Below are positions 27,701-36,201 of a stretch of 64,000 nucleotides of DNA, in pieces. The stretch is from the IMG/VR virus record IMGVR_UViG_3300035694_000088. One strand, written 5' to 3'. Made by a program: the position numbers and the translations under genes. The DNA is from a virus. The notes below the pieces were generated by a model that had not been told where the DNA came from, ran no database searches, and was given only the letters and a program-made list of their open reading frames with translations. Each line of letters starts with the position of its first letter. The stretch's first letter is position 1.

Positions 27701-29181
27701 AGGCCGCGACTCTGGGTCACACCCAAATGGCCAGCATCGGTCAAGGCACGCTGGCCACCCTGCACAACTCTCTGCACTCCCTGGAATCCCGCAGGGACCG
27801 GGCCGTCGCCCGCGCCGAGCACCTGCGTGACGAGGCCGCCGTGATGGAACAACGCGTCGGCGTGGAGTTCCCGCACGCGCAAGCCCTCAAGGAAGCACGG
27901 GCGGAGTCCGCGCGCCTGAGTGCCGCCATGACCAAAGCGGGCATGTCGGCCACCGGCGAGTCCGGTGACTCCGAAGCGACCAAAGCGCTCGCCACGGCCC
28001 GGACGAAGGCCGCCACCCAGGCCACGCGCATGGGCCGCTCCGGTGGCACCGCAGCGGCCACCCTGAAACGGTTCGGCAACTCCACCGCATCCCCCGGCGC
28101 GGTCGCCTCACCCAGTGGCGCGATCGGCGCGTTCGGGCGTGACCACGATGCGCACGTGTTCCTCACCGACGACGGCACCGACCTGCGGGATCTGGCCGGG
28201 ATCAGCTCAACGACCATGCCCGGTGTCATCGACAACAATCAGGCCCTGGTCGATGACCTGGACAAGCTGGATCTGCCCCTGGCCGAGGGCGTTCACGCCC
28301 TGTACCGGCGCTGGAACGACTACACCTATGAGGCCCCGGACTACTCGAAGCCCTACGAGGAGCGGGAGCGCATCGCCCAGGCGAAACGGGACAAGGTCAA
28401 GGCCGTGGAGGCGGGGGACAAGGCCGCGATCCGGGCGGTGTTCGCCCGGCACATGGTGGCCGACACGACCCCGGCGAAGACCGGGGTGGAGCTGGCGAAG
28501 GTCAACGCCGCGCGGGCCGCCACGGGCACCCGCATCGGGGATCTGGCCAAGAAGCGGTTGCAGCGGTTCGCGAAGGCCAGCAAACGCATCGAGCACTACT
28601 CATCGGATGACGGCACGATAGCGGCGGTGGCCGACACCAGCGGGAACCTGGAGTACTTCCCGACCGGTAACGGCAGGCCGCTCAACGACCCATCGTTGGA
28701 GCGGCCGATCGCCGACCCGCAGGCCGTGGTCAACGACCTGGCCGCCCTGAACATCCCCCTGGGCGACAACGACGCCCTGCGGGAACGGTGGGGCAAGGGC
28801 GACGGGCAGCAGCAAAAGGACTTAGAGGCGATCAAGGCGGTCTATCGTCGCCACATGGAGCCCGAGGAGAAGGCCCTGATCAGTCCCATGGACCTGCTGA
28901 GGGCGCACCGTATCGGTGTTGAGGTCAAACTGCGCGCCGATACGGGGGCTAAGCCCGCACCGGACGCCGGAGACGCCGGGCTGGAGCCGTTCACCACGAT
29001 CGTCGCTGATGACGTGCGCTACACCATGGACGCGTCCGGGGTGCTTCAGCGGCTCGTCGACTGCCCGGAGTGCGGGGCGCAGATGACCGTCCCGGCCTAC
29101 GGGGGGTCGGTCGCCCCACCGTGCCCCGCGTGCGGTGCGGTGCCCCAGGGTGTCGACTCGCGCCGGGCGCCGGTGGGCTGA
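18757..29181 (+). CDS. prohead protease (HK97/S78) fused to DarB-like N6-methyltransferase and SF2 helicase
   Basis: Protease SHN/FSIGY; MTase VLEPGSGSG and GNVPFG; helicase HVVGAGKT, VDEAH, TGTPIRN, WRPSDLEQRDGRIMRQGN; C-terminal CPEC..CPAC. Confidence 0.85.
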   Translation: MTATLGDIDTPEDMSPLEWKSLPGGEMTSPLTGVIGHDDADGTITALVAVSGVVDEVGDVIVPGSLEAAIKRLKPKGVMSHNWGEKVSKLVWSKELMPGDPMLPKQTPDGQPWPANAGGLLIKARYNLDKQSGRDAYADAKFYGPEECFSIGYKVRPGGARMRNGKRYLHDFDLYEWSQVLHGAHRLATLTGVKSLADTIEAPWYDGTRSGDIEGDTALPADVETKVRVVRDADFWHLPVGTPIKPGMVPHGLNRPPTAQELHSTTAETGDDAGVHGAPDDVATPGMPGAPVGLGAPPMPDMALPTPGPKDGDVPTGDPEAAVEALRKRVGEIQKLNTPAARTAAAALTPFLVPGAPVRASADGQLVAVHTGDAWRFADTANGGVMQATLPGTLPQPNVDVVLHDLSQVGIPWDSVEARRKRWSDNPAQLQADKTAVAGIFARGGLPPTTTPAGVGGAGMGAPPPPGVPAPPQAPNAPPGAPPNVPGAPPNAPGLPVGAPSGYAQPPAVPPVPPQAAPAVTPPPAGAPPVSPKTFPRGSLKGHGVQLGDRIRVHGHPKGTLEGTVETGKTGHHLVHDDGTKTWIGGAGSRHHVEKLGKAADQPPRPQPAPEPDKPAAPAAPAAPEPYQATGNINAPHKLTDEQLATESAHAAARYARARANGAPKTSVEHHDAKLGHTVFQDEIRRRATGGEHTPDAPPTPGTPPAPDLKPVSDMTLEELRTERRGLLSNHRTPAETARLREIRDEMTRKEDAAWQEEMATGRAHKKLANADGPELLKALSEASDEDLAKTAATWSKSDSKRARLVKGEIARRAAAGQAAAPDKPGEVPEGSKPADTIRVPPELADGAHKVRADALGIIDGPDGQEELTPEVADRQDRVQAHLAAGETALADKTDDELPTIRKDLTDELALQNELARRDIERRKEVAAAKAGAPSESAANAPAGAEDTGPKLRPGVAGAAEDLGDALNAKPRDDATVHAAAERFAKMLRRHGDSKSFDAVRAAAGDDIHAAIASGELRAGMLFTAAGGVREERRLARNEGAKKRRLAKRLDRDRIKALIGAVDTEIRSRKDRKRGAVETKPSAVPVASTTAPSKPRAAAEAAIRDGDRIALVDALREMGDPGPRETAMRLRELPEDEAVAGLADVGKPASVPEPAPHRGQVRRDERDARLAADDNRVGRAQEHMRQARAAADDGDFEGAFAHLDKAQELNPERQKLWDKARGIITEQRDRAKGAQSPETEGGDHERPSGPDRGVVPEVPTGGLRRDQGQTGVLSGTDRPGERTDRPVDRRAGGTGPARGDLRPQTGAPEHGASAGDGEGDTRVRDVPTAPQLERQSGAEPGDTGPEHPPGRDAGGPQVPDGDGGLRDSEQRTGRPAPEHETEDTAGPATPGQDTGTPDREVTAEDQPGADASQVDAIPDTGESFRPTGEALAPAGKKAKLAANLAALRVLRELQTEKRSATPAEQTVLSRWAGWGGLPEVFDDRKTEYAKEREELRGLLSPAEWNEGRRNTLNAHYTDPRVVQSVWKAVEDLGFDGGRVLEPGSGSGTFIGFAPPGADMVGVELDSTTAAISRALYPHATIRNESFAKTRLPAGSFDATVGNVPFGQFSLTDRVHNPGQKMSIHNHFIVKSLAMTKPGGVVALLTSRYTLDAQSPRDRKRMAEMGDLIGAVRLPTGSHSKTSGTDVIEDVLIFRRREPGAAPLTPQDWINSSEHDIDGHQITVNDYFTAHPDNVLGELHAEPGQYGTGSLIVKGDRDMPGLAAALDRITEQAKADGATATPRMTDLHALVDADTARHEGHIAAHDDGTFTQAAQGTAVPFDVPDKQAEELRGLIGMRDTLTSLLTAEAASVSDSPQIKALRADLNDQYDAYVKRYGPINRYTLTKTGARNAPGQGGFRRDPMSAIVRALEVYNPETGKAVKTDIFTKRASSPREIPTHADSPADALALCLDTYGEVNLLEIAKMLGVGETAARHQLGDLVFEQPPLTDAEHTAAWTAMREDHGGLADENVPADRIDLSSVGESVRAEGALEPAAAYLSGNVRRKLAAAKAAAAHDDRFAPNVAALEKVIPTDLGVDEVDGRLGAAWIPADDVKAFMVDLLHDGNDRYNSVQVATSGGGIWTVKGGDHGNKATEQWGTSRKSAGELIAAMLEQKPIRVTDTIDGKSYPNLEETLAAQAKADELQERFSEWLFEDSDRTKRLLRSYNDQFNAIRLRSYDDMPRVFPGMADRFVPRDHQVSAVNRIVSEPTALLAHVVGAGKTAEMAMGAAELRRLGMAKKPAIVVPSHMLEQFTREYLQIYPNAKILAAGTDDLGGDKRREFVARAATGQWDCVILTKDAMQLIPMSPEATEAYIAREMATMRAQLEAAQAEGGDAAQQATVKKMEKAVISAEEALRAKLEKTKDAGVSFEQTGIDYLFVDEAHQYSNLRTVSNIQGAGATGSGIATDLHMKIEHLRANNASGRVATFATGTPIRNTVTQAYIMQRFLRPDLLKEAGINSFDQWAATFGQTVDEMELKPEGTGFRQTTRFAKFRNVPELLRLFQIFADVKTAEDLNLPTPKLEGGEVDNVVVPSTDELKATMAELAQRADDYRNGKPQKRENAAGTGEVEDMMLLISMDGRKAAMRQSDKLDIAADKMFAIWEKTKNKPVPKDLDDPTAGDDPPPGGLQIVFSDMFTPGGTGADDFNAYEALRQKLADRGMDPTTIRFMHDAKNDRQKAELFAAARNGQVSVLIGSTEKMGVGTNVQRRAVALHHLDAPWRPSDLEQRDGRIMRQGNANDTISIHRYVTEGSFDAYMWQTLERKKKFIDQIMRGTLDQREIEDVGETALSYAEVKALATGNPLLLHKATVDTTIGKLSRLERTHNRTQTNLRRDVTNYRAKAEADDEHATHLTRAITKRTDTTTGDNFAMTVHGTTTHDRGEAAAMLKASIEDVVRNNYYSNKPKPVAEFGGHRLMAAVDTYYDRSGARRSGVTLTWDGIPDHKAATLGHTQMASIGQGTLATLHNSLHSLESRRDRAVARAEHLRDEAAVMEQRVGVEFPHAQALKEARAESARLSAAMTKAGMSATGESGDSEATKALATARTKAATQATRMGRSGGTAAATLKRFGNSTASPGAVASPSGAIGAFGRDHDAHVFLTDDGTDLRDLAGISSTTMPGVIDNNQALVDDLDKLDLPLAEGVHALYRRWNDYTYEAPDYSKPYEERERIAQAKRDKVKAVEAGDKAAIRAVFARHMVADTTPAKTGVELAKVNAARAATGTRIGDLAKKRLQRFAKASKRIEHYSSDDGTIAAVADTSGNLEYFPTGNGRPLNDPSLERPIADPQAVVNDLAALNIPLGDNDALRERWGKGDGQQQKDLEAIKAVYRRHMEPEEKALISPMDLLRAHRIGVEVKLRADTGAKPAPDAGDAGLEPFTTIVADDVRYTMDASGVLQRLVDCPECGAQMTVPAYGGSVAPPCPACGAVPQGVDSRRAPVG
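22487..22960 (+). CDS. nested TnpV-like ORF in an alternate frame of the giant gene
   Basis: AAGGCGGTG RBS, high GC3 in this frame, FF.EL...IAQL..ALAGPD.PGE.Y..KLGRLN.A...A.E.V motif. Confidence 0.6.
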   Translation: MNALADQIEAWYQKYQPEVYDGIKDKPAFFRELTGRANEQIAQLTDALAGPDQPGETYAHKLGRLNMAQAQATEKVTREFAMCPPPPNWKDSPAPSPETPDPSILPDETPEDRKFRTAMEDFATASSELDDQRRNTRLKTLPVLPPRGKTPAPPTGK

Positions 29182-29189
29182 AATAAGAG

Positions 29190-29226
29190 ACGACCCCTGG
29201 GCGGGGGGTAGTCCCAGGGGCCGTCG
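29190..29226 (+). terminator. hairpin after giant gene
   Basis: GACGACCCCTGGG...CCCAGGGGCCGTC. Confidence 0.5.
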
Positions 29227-29430
29227 GGCCAGGGCTGCGCACCCTGGCGGGGGGGCCTTCACCATATGCGATTCTCCGGCGTGTCGCCACTTCCCTCTGC
29301 GCCACCGGTGATCTACTCCCGGTAACGCGCCTGGTGCTGACCGGTGCGAGACATCCGGGCGTATTCGCCGGGGGCCTCGCGCTGCCCGACGTGACGCCTT
29401 CCCTCACACCGATCACAGAGGAGGGCGGCA

Positions 29431-30780
29431 GTGACCGCACCTACCCTCGACCGCCACGACAAGGATCTGATCAGTCGCGGTCGAGCTGAAGTCAAAACCC
29501 TGAACACCAAACTTGATGAGATCACCAAATCCGGGTGGCTCGATTCCGACGGCAACATGCACGTCGAGCCCGGTGCGCTGGCCGAGTTCAAAGACACCCT
29601 GGCCAAGGCTGAGGAGGCGCACGGTATCGTCGCCGCGCTGGAGCGCAAGGGTGCTCTGGATGCGTGGCTCGATGCCCCCGCAACCGATTCCCCCGCCGCG
29701 CTGGTAGCTGGCGGCGGCAACATGGTCCGCCAGGCCGAGTACAAGTCGCTGGGTCAGCGGTTCGTGGAGTCGACCGAGTTCAAGGGTCACCGTGATTCCG
29801 GGTTCATGGATTCCGCTTTCGTGGTGGAAGACCAGGAGATCACCTACGGGGCGCAGTTCAAGGATGTGCACTCCGGGTCGATCGGGGTTGTGACTCACCC
29901 CGGTTTCGGCACGGTGCAGCGGGCACCGATGGTGCAGGCCCCCATGCTCACGTGGCGGGTCCGGGACTTGTTCCCGCAGATGAACACCAACTCCGTGATG
30001 ATCGAATACATTGAGGAGCTTGGGTTCGTCGACGCGGGCGACAACGCCGCCGCGATGATCCCCGAGCGTGACGGGGTCGCGCCACCTAACGACAACTTCG
30101 GTCTGAAGCCGAAGTCACAGATCCACTTCAACATCAAGACCACGCCGATCCGGACGCTGGCGCACTGGGTTCCGGCATCACGCAACGTGCTTGATGACGA
30201 GCCGCAGTTGCGGGGGATCATCGACACCCGCCTGCTGTACGGCCTGCGTCTGGTCGAGGACCAGCAGTTGCTGCTGGGTGACGGCACGGGACAGAACCTG
30301 CTCGGCATTTTCAACACGCCGGGTATTCAATTGTTCCCCTCCGGCGGGTATCACGCACCCACCAATGAGACCTATGTTGACGCCATTCGCCGTGGCGCCA
30401 CGCGGGTCATGCTCGCCCAGTACGACCCCACCGGCGTTGTCGTGCACCCTTACGACTGGGAGCGCATGGAATTGACCAAGGACACCCAGGGCCGCTATCT
30501 GGTCGCGGGGTCGGTCACTTCCGGTGCGGAGAAGCGGCTGTGGCAGATGCCGGTTGTGGCCACCCCGGCGTGCCCCGAAGGCACCGCGCTGATCGGCGCG
30601 TTCGGTTTGGGCGCGCAGGTCTTCGACCGGATGCAGTCCAATATCCGGACCGCTGACCAGCACGCGGACTTCTTCGTCCGTAACGCGATCGTGGTCCTGG
30701 CTGAGGAGCGGCTCGGTTTGGCCGTCTACCGTCCGGCCGCCATGGTCAAGGTCAACCTGTCCGCCGCGATCACTCCGTAG
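29431..30780 (+). CDS. major capsid protein, HK97 fold, with N-terminal delta domain
   Basis: RTLAHWVPASRNVLDDEPQLRGIIDTRLLYGLRLVEDQQLLLGDGTGQNLLGI; AEERLGLAVYRPAA. Confidence 0.95.
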   Translation: MTAPTLDRHDKDLISRGRAEVKTLNTKLDEITKSGWLDSDGNMHVEPGALAEFKDTLAKAEEAHGIVAALERKGALDAWLDAPATDSPAALVAGGGNMVRQAEYKSLGQRFVESTEFKGHRDSGFMDSAFVVEDQEITYGAQFKDVHSGSIGVVTHPGFGTVQRAPMVQAPMLTWRVRDLFPQMNTNSVMIEYIEELGFVDAGDNAAAMIPERDGVAPPNDNFGLKPKSQIHFNIKTTPIRTLAHWVPASRNVLDDEPQLRGIIDTRLLYGLRLVEDQQLLLGDGTGQNLLGIFNTPGIQLFPSGGYHAPTNETYVDAIRRGATRVMLAQYDPTGVVVHPYDWERMELTKDTQGRYLVAGSVTSGAEKRLWQMPVVATPACPEGTALIGAFGLGAQVFDRMQSNIRTADQHADFFVRNAIVVLAEERLGLAVYRPAAMVKVNLSAAITP

Positions 30781-30813
30781 ATCGCCCCCGGCTAGCGCAA
30801 GAAAGGGAACGCA

Positions 30814-31290
30814 ATGGCTATTCTGGCCGCCGACGGCACTACGGTGTTGAGCAAGTCGGCGCTACAGGCTTTGATGACGACTGTGCCGTCTACGACGTTC
30901 ACGGTGCAGACCGACATTTATGAGACGTTCAACTACGCCCCGTACAAGGCCAATTTCAAGACCTTCGACGGGGAGCGGCGCATTAAGTTCAAGGCCGGGC
31001 AGACAATTCAACAGGCGGATATCGACGCCTGTTTCCCGGCCGCGTCGATCACGGCGATCAGCCCGGCGACGGGCGCCGCCGCTGGTGGCACGGCGGTGAC
31101 CATTACGGGCGTGAACTTCGATGGCGCTTCCGGCGCCGCGCTGGGTGGCGTGGCGTTGACCAGCTTCACGGTGGTCAACAACACGACCATCACGGGTGTG
31201 TCCGGTGCGCACGCCGCTGGTGCGGTGAACGTGACGGTGACCGATGACAGCGGGACGTTGACGCTTACGAATGGGTACACGTATGTGTAG
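30814..31290 (+). CDS. IPT/TIG-domain virion decoration protein
   Basis: ITAISPATG..AGGT.VTITG.NF...V.VTVT...GT.TL..GYTY. Confidence 0.8.
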   Translation: MAILAADGTTVLSKSALQALMTTVPSTTFTVQTDIYETFNYAPYKANFKTFDGERRIKFKAGQTIQQADIDACFPAASITAISPATGAAAGGTAVTITGVNFDGASGAALGGVALTSFTVVNNTTITGVSGAHAAGAVNVTVTDDSGTLTLTNGYTYV

Positions 31291-31302
31291 GTGCTACGTC
31301 TG

Positions 31303-31587
31303 ATGAGCACGCGGGACGGGGCCTGCCTGAGTGTGGGCGGGCCCCGTTTCGTGCGTCTGCGTGCAACATGGGCACTACCAGCGACGTGGCGGCGAGTGCA
31401 CGCCACGCTAACGATCTTCTGGTTCCTAGCGATCATTCCAACAGTACTGTGGTGGCGAGACTCGGTGTTCTGGGTGGCCCTGCTGAGCTGCTACGCGAAC
31501 GCTGCCGGACATTTCGCTGCCTGGCAGGGTTCCCGAGCCGAGGACAACGCGACACCGAGCGACAGTGACGACCCCGGCCCTTCATGA
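31303..31587 (+). CDS. small membrane protein
   Basis: Two TM segments, W..SVFWVALLS.YAN...H.AAWQ..RAE. Confidence 0.6.
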   Translation: MSTRDGACLSVGGPRFVRLRATWALPATWRRVHATLTIFWFLAIIPTVLWWRDSVFWVALLSCYANAAGHFAAWQGSRAEDNATPSDSDDPGPS

Positions 31588-31686
31588 GAGGGCCGGGGTC
31601 CACTGTCACCGATTCGGCGGGGTCCGGGCTTCACCGGGCCACCTGGCCAGATGCCCTCTCACCGTGGCAGGGATCGGGGCGGGTGT

Positions 31687-31995
31687 CTACCCGTCCTGCT
31701 CCGTCCAGTGGTCGGTGCAGTGGTAGCACGGTGCCATGCGCACCACGTGGCAGGCGCACCCCCCGCAGTCGAGGTCAACGGCGCAGCCGTAGGGGCTGGG
31801 CATGGGCCGGTAAGAATCGTCGGGCATCTGGGGGCGTGCGTCCATGGCGGCGGCCGAGCCCGCATCCAACACGGCGGGTGTAGCTGCGAGAGTCGTGGTC
31901 GGTGTTATGTCCCACGGGTTGATCGCATACGACGGGGCGGCGATGAGCCAGTCCAGGTTGACCAGGAGAGCGTCGAGTTCGGGCCGGGCGGTCAC
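31687..31995 (-). CDS. small Cys-rich protein
   Basis: C.C....PC..C tail; GTGA overlap with DUF2786 stop. Confidence 0.6.
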   Translation of the reverse strand: MTARPELDALLVNLDWLIAAPSYAINPWDITPTTTLAATPAVLDAGSAAAMDARPQMPDDSYRPMPSPYGCAVDLDCGGCACHVVRMAPCYHCTDHWTEQDG

Positions 31996-32732
31996 CGGAT
32001 CGCCGCCCGTCCTCCGCTGACGCGGTTCTGCCCGAGGTCGGCGCGACCCCCGGCCGTCTTCCCGGCGTAGTAGGCGTCGGGGTGCAGGCGGGCGCGGTTC
32101 TTCACTTTGGGCAGGTCCCCGAACAGGTCGTTGTAGGCGAGGTCGACGGCGGTCTTGCGGTCGACGAGCACGAGCTCGGTGGATTTGCCGTTCGTACTGG
32201 CGGTTTGCGTGGTTTGTGCGGCGGCCCGGGCTTCGATGCGCTCCAGGCGGGTCCGCACTTCGTGGGCGAACCCGATGAACCACGAGCGCCGGTAGGACGC
32301 GACGCTGACTTCCGGGTCGCCCCAGATGTCGGTGGGGGGCCGCTGGCGGTGGAGCTGCCCGGAGGCTTGCAGTAGCAGCGAGGTGTAGAGCAGTTCGACG
32401 CGGGCGAGGTCGGTGTCGTGGCCGACGACGTCGACGTAGTTGACGACGGAGGATCGGGCGGTACTCCAGCGGACGGTGCGGCATCGGCAGGCCAGTGCGA
32501 TACCGGCGAGCAGTTTAGTTTTCTCGCTGGTGTAGGAGCCGGTCATGTCGATCCGCATGGTCCGGATCGTGTCCTTGATCCGGCCGGTGGCGGCGAGGTG
32601 GGCCTGTTCGATGCCGTAGGTGGCCATGAGTTCGTGCGCTTTGGCGGTGAGCGCTTCGGCTTCGGCCGGGTATTCGGTGGATTCGGCTTTGGCCAGCAGT
32701 GCGCGGACCCGGTTGAGCAGTTTTTCGTCCAT
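31992..32732 (-). CDS. DUF2786-family protein
   Basis: LNRVRALLAKAEST..PAEAEA...KA.ELMA.YGI; SYRRSW..GFA. Confidence 0.85.
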   Translation of the reverse strand: MDEKLLNRVRALLAKAESTEYPAEAEALTAKAHELMATYGIEQAHLAATGRIKDTIRTMRIDMTGSYTSEKTKLLAGIALACRCRTVRWSTARSSVVNYVDVVGHDTDLARVELLYTSLLLQASGQLHRQRPPTDIWGDPEVSVASYRRSWFIGFAHEVRTRLERIEARAAAQTTQTASTNGKSTELVLVDRKTAVDLAYNDLFGDLPKVKNRARLHPDAYYAGKTAGGRADLGQNRVSGGRAAIR

Positions 32733-32753
32733 GCGGTCGGGCTCCCTTGAGGT

Positions 32754-33683
<930 letters not shown>

Positions 33684-33747
33684 TTAACGGGGTGTGACGT
33701 CCGGTTACTTTCCGGACCCGACCGGCTCAACGACGAGGGGACAATCC

Positions 33748-34629
33748 ATGAACACCCGCAAGACACTGGCGGCATTCGCCACCGCGACCGCACTGGCCCT
33801 ACCACTGGTCCTGGCCGGTGCCACGCCCGCTCTCGCGTGCGGCAACGACAACACCTGCAACACCCCCCCGACCAGCACCGGTACCGCGCCCCCGCTGCTC
33901 GACGCCCGCATTCACCTCGGTGTCCGGGGCAGCACCTGTGGTGATGACACTCTGCTGCTCATTCAGGTCGAGGCTAAGGCCGGTGGCGTGCACAAGTCCT
34001 ACCTCGACGCACAGGCCGCCGACAGCACCGCTCAGACCGGGCTGACCAACGCGAAGGCCACCGACCTGAACGCTGAGAACGCCGTGGTCGCCGCGCAGAA
34101 CAAGGTCAACGCCGACAATGCCGCCATCGCAGCGGACAACGACGGCGCGGAGAGTTCCCTCGACACGCAAGACACCGCCGCTGCCAAGGCCACCGCAGCG
34201 TTGTCCGGCGACACGACAGCACTGGGTAAGGCCAACACCGCTGAGGGGCAGGCCGACACCGCGCTGGAAGCCGCCCGCCACAACGCCGACGCCACCCACG
34301 CGGCGCTGGTCAGCGCCCGCAACGCCAACACCGACATCGTCGCGCGGATCCGGCTGCTCACCGACCGGATCAACGGGGAATGCCACACCCCGCCGCCCAC
34401 GACCACCCCGCCGCCCACCACCGTGACGATCCCCCCGACGACCGACACCCCGGCCCCACCGCCAGCGGCGATCGTGCCCCCGTCGAGTAGCAACAACACC
34501 CAGGTGATCGTTCAGGGCCCGCAGCCGGTGATCGTGCCAGGTACCCCCCAGGTCGTCCAGGCCCCGCAGGGGTTCGTCAGTGCCGGTGGTGGCGCTGACG
34601 CTGACGCCGTCGCCGGGTTCAGCTCTTGA
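33748..34629 (+). CDS. secreted coiled-coil/Pro-rich protein, probable sortase substrate
   Basis: Signal peptide, Ala-rich heptads, PT-rich linker, C-terminal PQGFVSAGGG; coupled to sortase. Confidence 0.7.
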   Translation: MNTRKTLAAFATATALALPLVLAGATPALACGNDNTCNTPPTSTGTAPPLLDARIHLGVRGSTCGDDTLLLIQVEAKAGGVHKSYLDAQAADSTAQTGLTNAKATDLNAENAVVAAQNKVNADNAAIAADNDGAESSLDTQDTAAAKATAALSGDTTALGKANTAEGQADTALEAARHNADATHAALVSARNANTDIVARIRLLTDRINGECHTPPPTTTPPPTTVTIPPTTDTPAPPPAAIVPPSSSNNTQVIVQGPQPVIVPGTPQVVQAPQGFVSAGGGADADAVAGFSS

Positions 34630-35315
34630 GCCGAATCCGGGCCGCCCTGTTGGCGGTGCTGGTGTGTGTGATCGCCCTCGTCGCCGGGTGTTCCGGTGGC
34701 GGGGGCGCTCCCGCGCCAGCGGGGCAACCCCCGGTGCACAATCAGGCGGCCCCACCGCCGCTACAGCCGGTGCGCATCGACATCGCGCAGATCAACGCGC
34801 ACTCCACGCTGATCCCCTTGGGTTTGCTCACCAGTGGGCCACGCAAGGGGGCCATCGACGAGCCGGACGTCAAACACCCGCAGCAGGCCGGGTACTTCTG
34901 TTCCACGACGGCCACGGTGGTTCCGCCGCCGTCGTGTGACTCGGGGGTGGCTCCGGGGCAGGTCGGTCCGGCCATCGTCATCGGTCACGTTGACGGGTCG
35001 ATCGCCCCGGGCACGAACACCCACCAACTCGGGGTGTTTTTTCGGCTTCACGAGCTGCGCGGTGGGGACAAGATCGACGTGACCCGCACGGATGGCAGCG
35101 TGGTCACTTTCGCGGTGTATCGCAGTGTCCAGTTGTCGAAGTCGGCGTTTCCGACGCAGCAGGTTTACGGCAACACCGCGACCCCGGAACTGCGGTTGAT
35201 CACGTGCTCTGGGCAGTTCGTGGGTGGGCAACTCGGCTACAATGACAACATCATCGTGTTCGCCCGGCAGGTGGGGGTCACCCCGCCGACGACCGAGCCG
35301 ACGGTGCACCCGTAG
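34626..35315 (+). CDS. class F sortase
   Basis: Lipoprotein-like signal (LVAGC), GHVD, LRLITC, NIIVFA. Confidence 0.9.
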   Translation: MSRIRAALLAVLVCVIALVAGCSGGGGAPAPAGQPPVHNQAAPPPLQPVRIDIAQINAHSTLIPLGLLTSGPRKGAIDEPDVKHPQQAGYFCSTTATVVPPPSCDSGVAPGQVGPAIVIGHVDGSIAPGTNTHQLGVFFRLHELRGGDKIDVTRTDGSVVTFAVYRSVQLSKSAFPTQQVYGNTATPELRLITCSGQFVGGQLGYNDNIIVFARQVGVTPPTTEPTVHP

Positions 35316-35418
35316 ACTTGAGGCGCACGATCCGAGCCGGGTCTTCAGGGTGCCTCTCGACCCCCGCAGGCAACAGATGCGGGGGTCGAGTGCTGGACGG
35401 GGGCGCTACGCTGCGTCG

Positions 35419-35988
35419 ATGACCGGTTCCCGTGGGTTGGTGCTCGCCATTGCTGGCGGTTCGGTCACGTTCGCCACCATGGGTTTGCTCACGGTGTTCG
35501 CTCCGGCGACGGATGCGGCGGCACCGTGCCCGGTGGGGCAGGTGATCGGGGCGCGTCTGGTCTGTGAACCGATTTTCACTCCTGGGGATGGGTTGCCGCC
35601 CGTGGCTGCGGTCACGCCGGTGTGCCAACCGGGCCGGGTGTTGTCTGGGCTGCTGTGCGTCCCGGATCGAAGTGTCGCGCCACCGGTGGCCGCGCCTCCA
35701 CCGGTGGTGGCGACTCCCCCGCGCTCGGCGCCAGTGGTGATCGCTCCGCGCCGGGTCGCGCCGGTGCGCCGTCCGGAGCCGGTGGTGGTTCCGCGTCCGG
35801 CCGCGCCGGTTGTGGCCGCGCCGAGGCCGGAGCCCGCGCCCGCACCGTTGCCTGCTCCGGTGGTTGAGCCGGAGCCTGTGCCGTTGCCGGAGCCGGTGAC
35901 CGAGCCCACGCCGGTGACCGATCCGGACTGCCCGAATCGGCCGATCGGGGTGACGGTCACCGCTGAAGTGGTGATCTCTCCGAGCTGA
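35419..35988 (+). CDS. membrane-anchored Pro-rich protein with Cys pairs
   Basis: N-terminal TM, two C..G......L.C units, P/V/A-rich stalk. Confidence 0.6.
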   Translation: MTGSRGLVLAIAGGSVTFATMGLLTVFAPATDAAAPCPVGQVIGARLVCEPIFTPGDGLPPVAAVTPVCQPGRVLSGLLCVPDRSVAPPVAAPPPVVATPPRSAPVVIAPRRVAPVRRPEPVVVPRPAAPVVAAPRPEPAPAPLPAPVVEPEPVPLPEPVTEPTPVTDPDCPNRPIGVTVTAEVVISPS

Positions 35989-36201
35989 GCACGGGGGCGC
36001 CGGGTGCTAGCCCGTAGTCGGCGCGGATGACGGCGAGTATCTGGTCGGGGGTGAGGTCGGCGTGGACTCGTTGCGGGGGCAGGGTGGTCATTTCGTGCCA
36101 GGCGGTGCGGTAGTCGTCCATGCGTGGTCAGGGTAGTTCACTCACCCCGCAACGGGTCCTTCTGGTAGGGTCGGTGGTGTTCCGGTCCGTAGGAGGCGCC
36201 C

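Noticed and set aside
35957-36121. 54-aa minus-strand ORF (MDDYRTAWHEM...)
   Set aside because: Plausible codon use, but it overlaps the end of 35419..35988 and has no clear RBS; left unannotated.
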